From: Anaeromyxobacteraceae bacterium
GTDB taxonomy: Bacteria; Myxococcota; Myxococcia; Myxococcales; Anaeromyxobacteraceae
Direction: 5' to 3'
Assembly (NCBI GenBank): GCA_035519395.1
Contig: DATIWK010000122.1
Location: 7,275 to 71,274 of the forward strand
DNA length: 64,000 nt
Position 1 is the stretch's first letter, and every line of letters begins with the position of its first letter. Shown here in pieces: positions 58,943 to 64,000 of this stretch. The notes under the pieces are model-generated. The model was given only the letters and a program-made list of their open reading frames with translations. It was not told the origin of the DNA and made no database searches. The position numbers and the translations under genes are program-made.

Positions 58943-60352
58943 ATGTTCAAGAAGGTCCTCATCGCCAACCGGGGCGAGATCGCGCTCCGGGTGATCCGGG
59001 CGTGCCGCGAGCTGGGCGTCGCCACCGTGGCGGTCCACTCCACCGCCGACGGCGAGTCGCTCCACGTCCGGTTCGCCGACGAGGCGATCTGCATCGGGCC
59101 GCCCCCCTCGAAGCAGAGCTACCTGAACGCACGGGCGCTGCTGGCCGCCGCCGACGTCTCCGGCGCGGACGCCCTCCACCCCGGGTACGGGTTCCTCTCC
59201 GAGAACGCCGACTTCGCCGAGATGGTGAAGAACATCGGCCTGCACTGGATCGGCCCGCGGCCGGAGATGATCCGGCTCATGGGGAACAAGGTCGCGGCGC
59301 GCGAGGCGATGGAGAAGGCAGGGCTGCCGCTCCTCCCCGGCGCGCGCGGCAAGCTCGCCGACGCCGACGAGGCGGAGCGCATCGCCGGAGAGGTGGGCTT
59401 CCCGGTGATCCTCAAGGCGGCCGCCGGGGGCGGGGGCCGCGGCATGAAGATCTGCCGCGACCGGAGCCAGGTGCGCCAGCTCTTCGAGACCGCCAGCAAC
59501 GAGGCCCTGGCCGCCTTCGGCGACGGCTCCATGTACCTGGAGCGCTACGTGGAGATGCCGCGGCACATCGAGCTGCAGATGGTGGCCGACGAGCACGGCA
59601 ACATCATCCACCTCGGCGAGCGCGAGTGCTCGGTCCAGCGGCGCCACCAGAAGCTCATCGAGGAGTCGCCCTCGCCGGCGGTCTCGCCGGAGCTGCGCCG
59701 GGAGATGGGCGAGGTGGCGCTCCAGGCCATGCGGAGGATCGCCTACAACAACGTGGGGACCATCGAGTTCCTCATGGACGAGAAGGGCCGCTACTACTTC
59801 ATGGAGATGAACACGCGCATCCAGGTGGAGCACCCGGTGACCGAGCAGGTCTACGGCCTCGACCTCCTGCGCGAGCAGATCCGGCTCGCCGCGGGCGAGA
59901 AGCTGGAGCGGGCCCAGGCGTCGGTGGTGCCCATCGCGCACTCCATCGAGTGCCGCGTCAACGCCGAGGACCCGGTCACCTTCGCGCCGTCCCCCGGCAA
60001 GATCACCGGGTACCACCAGCCCGGCGGCTACGGCGTGCGCGTCGACACCATGGCCTACGAGCAGTACAAGGTGCAGCCCTACTACGACTCGCTGGTGGCG
60101 AAGCTGATCGTCACCGGCGCCACCCGCGAGATCGCGCTGAAGCGCATGCTGCGCGCGCTCAACGAGTACGTGATCGAGGGCATCAAGACCAACATCCCCT
60201 TCCACAAGCGCGTCCTCGCCGACCCGCGCTTCGTCGAGGGGCGATACGACACGCGCATCGTGGACCAGATCCTGAACCCGCCAGCGCCCGTGGAGGCGCC
60301 GGCGAAGGAGGCCGGCCCCCCGGCCCCTCCCAAGGCCGCGACCGCCGGGTAA
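58943..60352 (+). CDS. accC: Biotin carboxylase
   Basis: [28 protein letters not shown]. Confidence 0.96.
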   Translation: MFKKVLIANRGEIALRVIRACRELGVATVAVHSTADGESLHVRFADEAICIGPPPSKQSYLNARALLAAADVSGADALHPGYGFLSENADFAEMVKNIGLHWIGPRPEMIRLMGNKVAAREAMEKAGLPLLPGARGKLADADEAERIAGEVGFPVILKAAAGGGGRGMKICRDRSQVRQLFETASNEALAAFGDGSMYLERYVEMPRHIELQMVADEHGNIIHLGERECSVQRRHQKLIEESPSPAVSPELRREMGEVALQAMRRIAYNNVGTIEFLMDEKGRYYFMEMNTRIQVEHPVTEQVYGLDLLREQIRLAAGEKLERAQASVVPIAHSIECRVNAEDPVTFAPSPGKITGYHQPGGYGVRVDTMAYEQYKVQPYYDSLVAKLIVTGATREIALKRMLRALNEYVIEGIKTNIPFHKRVLADPRFVEGRYDTRIVDQILNPPAPVEAPAKEAGPPAPPKAATAG

Positions 60353-60435
60353 GGCGAGCGTCACGCGTTCGCCCGTCCCTGATCGAAGGGGCGGGAAAAG
60401 CGAAAAATCCCGCGTGGCTTCGCGGGATTCGCGCC

Positions 60436-60464
60436 TTGACCGACCCCGGCGCGTCCATTACCCT
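60436..60464 (+). promoter_or_regulatory. Putative sigma70 promoter of sgmX
   Basis: TTGACC-N17-TACCCT; preceded by hairpin AATCCCGCG/CGCGGGATT at 60406-60429. Confidence 0.5.
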
Positions 60465-60556
60465 GGTCAAGCCCTGGGCCATGCGTCCGGTCCGGAGCCC
60501 GTGCGGGTTCCGGCGCCGAAGGCTTGGTCCGTCCCAAGCGAGCGCCTCCAGGCCCG

Positions 60557-63262
60557 ATGGCCGTCGACAAGAACAAGATCATCGCCGAGGCGACCAAGCT
60601 CGTTCAGAAGGGCGCGATCGACAAGGCGATCCAGACGTACCAGCGGATCCTCCAGGAGGACGCGAAGGACGTCCGGATCCTCCTCAAGGTCGGCGAGCTG
60701 TTCCAGAAGAAGGGCGACGACAAGTCCGCCGCCGACGCGTTCAAGCGGGTGGCGGAGACCTACGCGGAGCAGGGCTTCTTCCTCAAGTCGGTCGCCGTCT
60801 ACAAGCAGATCGTGAAGCTCGACCCGGACGACGTCCGAGTGAACGAGCGGCTCGCCGGGCTCTACCAGCAGCTCGGCCTGATGAGCGACGCCATGAGCCA
60901 GCTCCAGCTCATGGCGGCGACGTACGAGAAGCAGGCCGACGCCGCGCGGCTCACCGACGTCCTGAAGCGGATGGTCGAGCTGGACCCGGACAACATCGCG
61001 TCCTCGATCAAGCTCGGCGAGCTGTACATGCGCGCGGGGCAGGGCGCCGGCGCGCTCGAGCACCTGAAGCGCGCCGCGGAGTATCTGAAGAAGCACAGCC
61101 GCGCCGAGGAGTACCTCAAGGTCGCCGAGCGGATCGCCTCGCTGCAGCCGAACGACGTCGGCCTCTCGCGCGAGCTGGCCCACATCCACCTCGCCAAGGG
61201 CGACACCAAGCGCGCCCTCGCGAAGCTGCAGCTCTGCTTCAAGGCCGACCCGAAGGACGTCGACACCCTCACGCTCCTCGCCCAGGCGTTCCGCGATCTC
61301 GGGCAGGTCTCGAAGACGCTCTCCGTGTACAAGGAGCTGGCGCGCGTCCACGAGGAGTCGGGGCGCCGGCAGGAGGCGCGCTCCACCTGGCGCCGGGTCC
61401 AGGAGCTCGCGCCGGACGACCCCGAGGCCCGCGAGGCGCTGGGCGGCTCCGCGACCGCCACCCCCATGCCCGGCGCCCACCGGGCCGTCGCCCCGGCCGC
61501 GCCCGCCCCCCGCCCCGCCGCGCCGGCGCCAGGTCCGCCTCCCGCGGCGCGCGCCGCGCCGCCGCCGGGTCCGCCGCCGGGCGTCCGCGCCCCGGCCGCC
61601 GCCGCGGCCGCCCCGGCCTCCTCCCCCGCGACCGCGGGCGGCGACGGGGCCTCGAAGCTCCTCACCGAGACCGACGTCTACGTGAAGTACGGTCTCCACG
61701 ACAAGGCGCTCGACCACCTCCGCAAGATCCTCTCCGCCGAGCCGGACAACCCCGACGCGCTCGAGAAGAGCCGCGAGATCCAGCTCGCGGCGGGGCGCGC
61801 CGCCGAGGCCGCCGACGCAGGCGCACGGGCCGTGAAGGCGTTCGTGGCGCGGGGGCTCAACGACCGCGGCCGCGAGGCGCTCGCCCGCCTGCGGCAGATC
61901 GCGCCCTCGCACCCGCAGCTCGGCGCCCTCGCCGCCGCGGTCGGCTCCACGGAGGAGATCGCGCTGGAGCCCGGAGACATGGAGGAGGTCGCGCTCCTCC
62001 AGCCCAAGGTGCCGGCCGCGCCGCCGCCCGACGAGGACGCCCTGGCGCTCGCCGCGGCCCGCGCCGACGGCGACGAGCTGGTCGAGGAGGACGCGGCGGA
62101 GCTGGTCGGTGGCGGACCCGAGCTGGGCGACGCGCTCGCCGCCGCGGCCGCGGCCCGCTCGGCAGAGTCCGAGGACGACGTCGTCGAGGAGGAGCCCGAG
62201 GCCCCGCCGCGGCCGCCCGTGCCGCCCGCCCGGCCGGCCGCGCAGCCGGCGCGGGTCGCCGCGAGGCCCGCGGCGGCGCCCCCGGCGCCGGCCGCGCGCG
62301 CGCCGGCCGCCGGCCCCGCAGCGCGGATCTCCCCCCTCGCCGCGGTGAAGCCGCCCCCGGCCGCGGCGGCGAGCGCGTCGCCCGCGCCCGCACCCGCCGA
62401 GGAGGCGGAGCTGGACCTCTCCGACGAGCTGGAGGAGGCCGACTTCTTCGTCCAGCAGGGCCTGTTCGACGACGCCCGCGAGGCGCTCGGGAGCCTGCTC
62501 GCCTTCTACCCCGGCCACTCGCAGGTGCTCTCCCGGATCGCCGAGCTGGACCGCCGCGCCGCCCCCGGGGCGGCGCGGCAGGCGTCGGCGGGGGCCGCCC
62601 CCTTCGCGCCGCCCGGCGGCGACGAGAGCTTCGACATCGCACGCGAGCTGGCGGAGGAGATCGGCTCGACCGGCGGCGCCGCGGCCGCCGACGAGGACTT
62701 CCAGTACTCGGTCGAGGACGTCTTCAGCCAGTTCAAGAAGGGCGTCGAGCAGACGGTGAAGCCCGAGGACAGCGCCACGCACTACGATCTCGGCATCGCC
62801 TACCGGGAGATGGGGCTCCTCGACGACGCGGTCCACGAGTTCGAGACCGCGCTGCAGGGCAACGACCGCAAGAAGGAGGTCGACTGCCTCTCGATGGTCG
62901 GCCTCTGCCGCATGGCGCAGGGCGACGCCGCCGCCGCGGTGGAGGCGTTCCGCCGCGCGCTCGGATCGGCCCACCTCACCCGGGACGCGGCCAAGGCGGT
63001 GCTCTACGAGCTGGCCGCGGCGTACGAGGCCGCCGCCGAGCCGGAGCACGCGCTGCACTGCTACCACAAGGTGAAGGCCGCCGACCCGGCCTTCCGCGAC
63101 GCGGTCGCCCGCATCGCGGCGCTGGGCGGCGGGCCCGGACGCCCGCCGCCGCCCGATCCCGCCCGCAACGGCGCCTCCGGCCGTGCCGTTCGCGCTCCCG
63201 CCGCCCCGCCACCGCCGCCCGGGCCCCGCCCGGGCGCGAAGAAGAACATCGGCTACCTGTAG
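60557..63262 (+). CDS. sgmX: Multi-TPR T4P activator SgmX
   Basis: N-terminal TPR array, acidic/Pro-rich linker, C-terminal TPRs (THYDLGIAYREMGL); follows accC as in Myxococcus. Confidence 0.8.
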   Translation: MAVDKNKIIAEATKLVQKGAIDKAIQTYQRILQEDAKDVRILLKVGELFQKKGDDKSAADAFKRVAETYAEQGFFLKSVAVYKQIVKLDPDDVRVNERLAGLYQQLGLMSDAMSQLQLMAATYEKQADAARLTDVLKRMVELDPDNIASSIKLGELYMRAGQGAGALEHLKRAAEYLKKHSRAEEYLKVAERIASLQPNDVGLSRELAHIHLAKGDTKRALAKLQLCFKADPKDVDTLTLLAQAFRDLGQVSKTLSVYKELARVHEESGRRQEARSTWRRVQELAPDDPEAREALGGSATATPMPGAHRAVAPAAPAPRPAAPAPGPPPAARAAPPPGPPPGVRAPAAAAAAPASSPATAGGDGASKLLTETDVYVKYGLHDKALDHLRKILSAEPDNPDALEKSREIQLAAGRAAEAADAGARAVKAFVARGLNDRGREALARLRQIAPSHPQLGALAAAVGSTEEIALEPGDMEEVALLQPKVPAAPPPDEDALALAAARADGDELVEEDAAELVGGGPELGDALAAAAAARSAESEDDVVEEEPEAPPRPPVPPARPAAQPARVAARPAAAPPAPAARAPAAGPAARISPLAAVKPPPAAAASASPAPAPAEEAELDLSDELEEADFFVQQGLFDDAREALGSLLAFYPGHSQVLSRIAELDRRAAPGAARQASAGAAPFAPPGGDESFDIARELAEEIGSTGGAAAADEDFQYSVEDVFSQFKKGVEQTVKPEDSATHYDLGIAYREMGLLDDAVHEFETALQGNDRKKEVDCLSMVGLCRMAQGDAAAAVEAFRRALGSAHLTRDAAKAVLYELAAAYEAAAEPEHALHCYHKVKAADPAFRDAVARIAALGGGPGRPPPPDPARNGASGRAVRAPAAPPPPPGPRPGAKKNIGYL

Positions 63263-63274
63263 GACGGACCGCGC

Positions 63275-64000
63275 GTGAACTATCTCGACTTCTTCGAGCT
63301 GTCCCAGGAACCCTTCTCCAACGCGCCGGTCTCGCGCTTCTACTACTCGTCGGCGCAGCACGCGCAGGCGCTGATGCGCCTCACCCACGCCGTCTCGGGG
63401 ATGAAGGGGCTCGCCATCCTCGTCGGCGACATCGGCGCGGGCAAGACCACGCTGGCGCGGCGCATGCTCGACAGCCTGCCCGAGGAGGAGTACGAGGCCG
63501 CGCTGATGGTGATCGTCCACGCCGGGATCACCGCCAACTGGCTGCTGCGGCGCATCGCGCTCCAGCTCGGCGTGGACAACCCGGCCGAGGAGAAGCTGGC
63601 GCTGCTCTCGCAGCTCTACCAGCGGCTGGTGAAGATCTACGAGCAGGGGAAGAAGGCGGTCGTCCTCATCGACGAGGCCCAGATGCTCTCCACCCGGGAG
63701 ATCATGGAGGAGTTCCGCGGCCTGCTGAACCTGGAGGTCCCCGAGCGCAAGCTGCTCTCCTTCGTGTTCTTCGGCCTGCCGGACATCGAGGACAACCTCC
63801 GGCTCGACCCGCCGCTCGCCCAGCGGGTGGCGCTCAAGTACCGGCTGGAGCCGCTCAACGCCGACGCCACCGAGGCCTACATCCGCCACCGGCTCCGGCT
63901 GGCGGGGGCGCCGCGCGTCCCCTTCAGCGCGGCCGCCCTGCACCGCATCCACCTGCACACCCGCGGGACGCCCCGCCTCATCAACACGCTCTGCGACAAC
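63275..64000 (+). CDS. ExeA-family AAA ATPase, truncated at window end
   Basis: YLDFFEL..EPFSNAP, GDIGAGKT, LIDEAQ, GTPRLINTLCD; absent from the ORF track because it has no stop in the window. Confidence 0.88.
   Translation, partial: MNYLDFFELSQEPFSNAPVSRFYYSSAQHAQALMRLTHAVSGMKGLAILVGDIGAGKTTLARRMLDSLPEEEYEAALMVIVHAGITANWLLRRIALQLGVDNPAEEKLALLSQLYQRLVKIYEQGKKAVVLIDEAQMLSTREIMEEFRGLLNLEVPERKLLSFVFFGLPDIEDNLRLDPPLAQRVALKYRLEPLNADATEAYIRHRLRLAGAPRVPFSAAALHRIHLHTRGTPRLINTLCDN

Noticed and set aside
60467-63958. 1163-aa minus-strand ORF and the many other long Arg/Gly/Pro-rich overlapping ORFs
   Set aside because: Antisense or out-of-frame shadows of well-supported genes

Overview
Very GC-rich chromosomal window from an Anaeromyxobacter-like Myxococcota bacterium; this assignment is inferred from gene content and codon style. 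It is a densely coding motility and signalling superlocus. In order: the end of the isc operon (hscA-fdx-iscX); a minus-strand chemosensory operon (RR-GAF protein-cheD-cheA-cheW-cheR-cheB) with no chemoreceptor and a good sigma54 promoter match; a short OEP/TolC-like protein plus an Ig/LTD lipoprotein; a complete Frz system (frzZ divergent from frzA-B-CD-E-G-F) followed by an extra single-domain RR; yebC, nucleoside-salvage genes, a PilZ protein and ribF; then the type IVa pilus locus. That locus has pilBTCSR, an opposite-strand block (pilA, TMTC-like glycosyltransferase, pilG, pilI, HEAT and HD-domain pair, fimU-pilV-W-X-pilY1) and pilH-D-S2-R2-XRE-pilMNOPQ. The window ends with a lipoprotein, mglC, efp, accB, accC, sgmX and a truncated ExeA-like ATPase. 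No rRNA, tRNA, CRISPR array or transposase was seen. Best leads: the receptor-less che operon, the TMTC-like enzyme next to pilA, the HEAT/degenerate HD-GYP pair sharing an N-terminal domain, a single-repeat 'half-TolC', and a dispersed two-hairpin repeat with compensatory substitutions. Start codons were refined by hand, and all family calls come from motif recognition rather than database searches.
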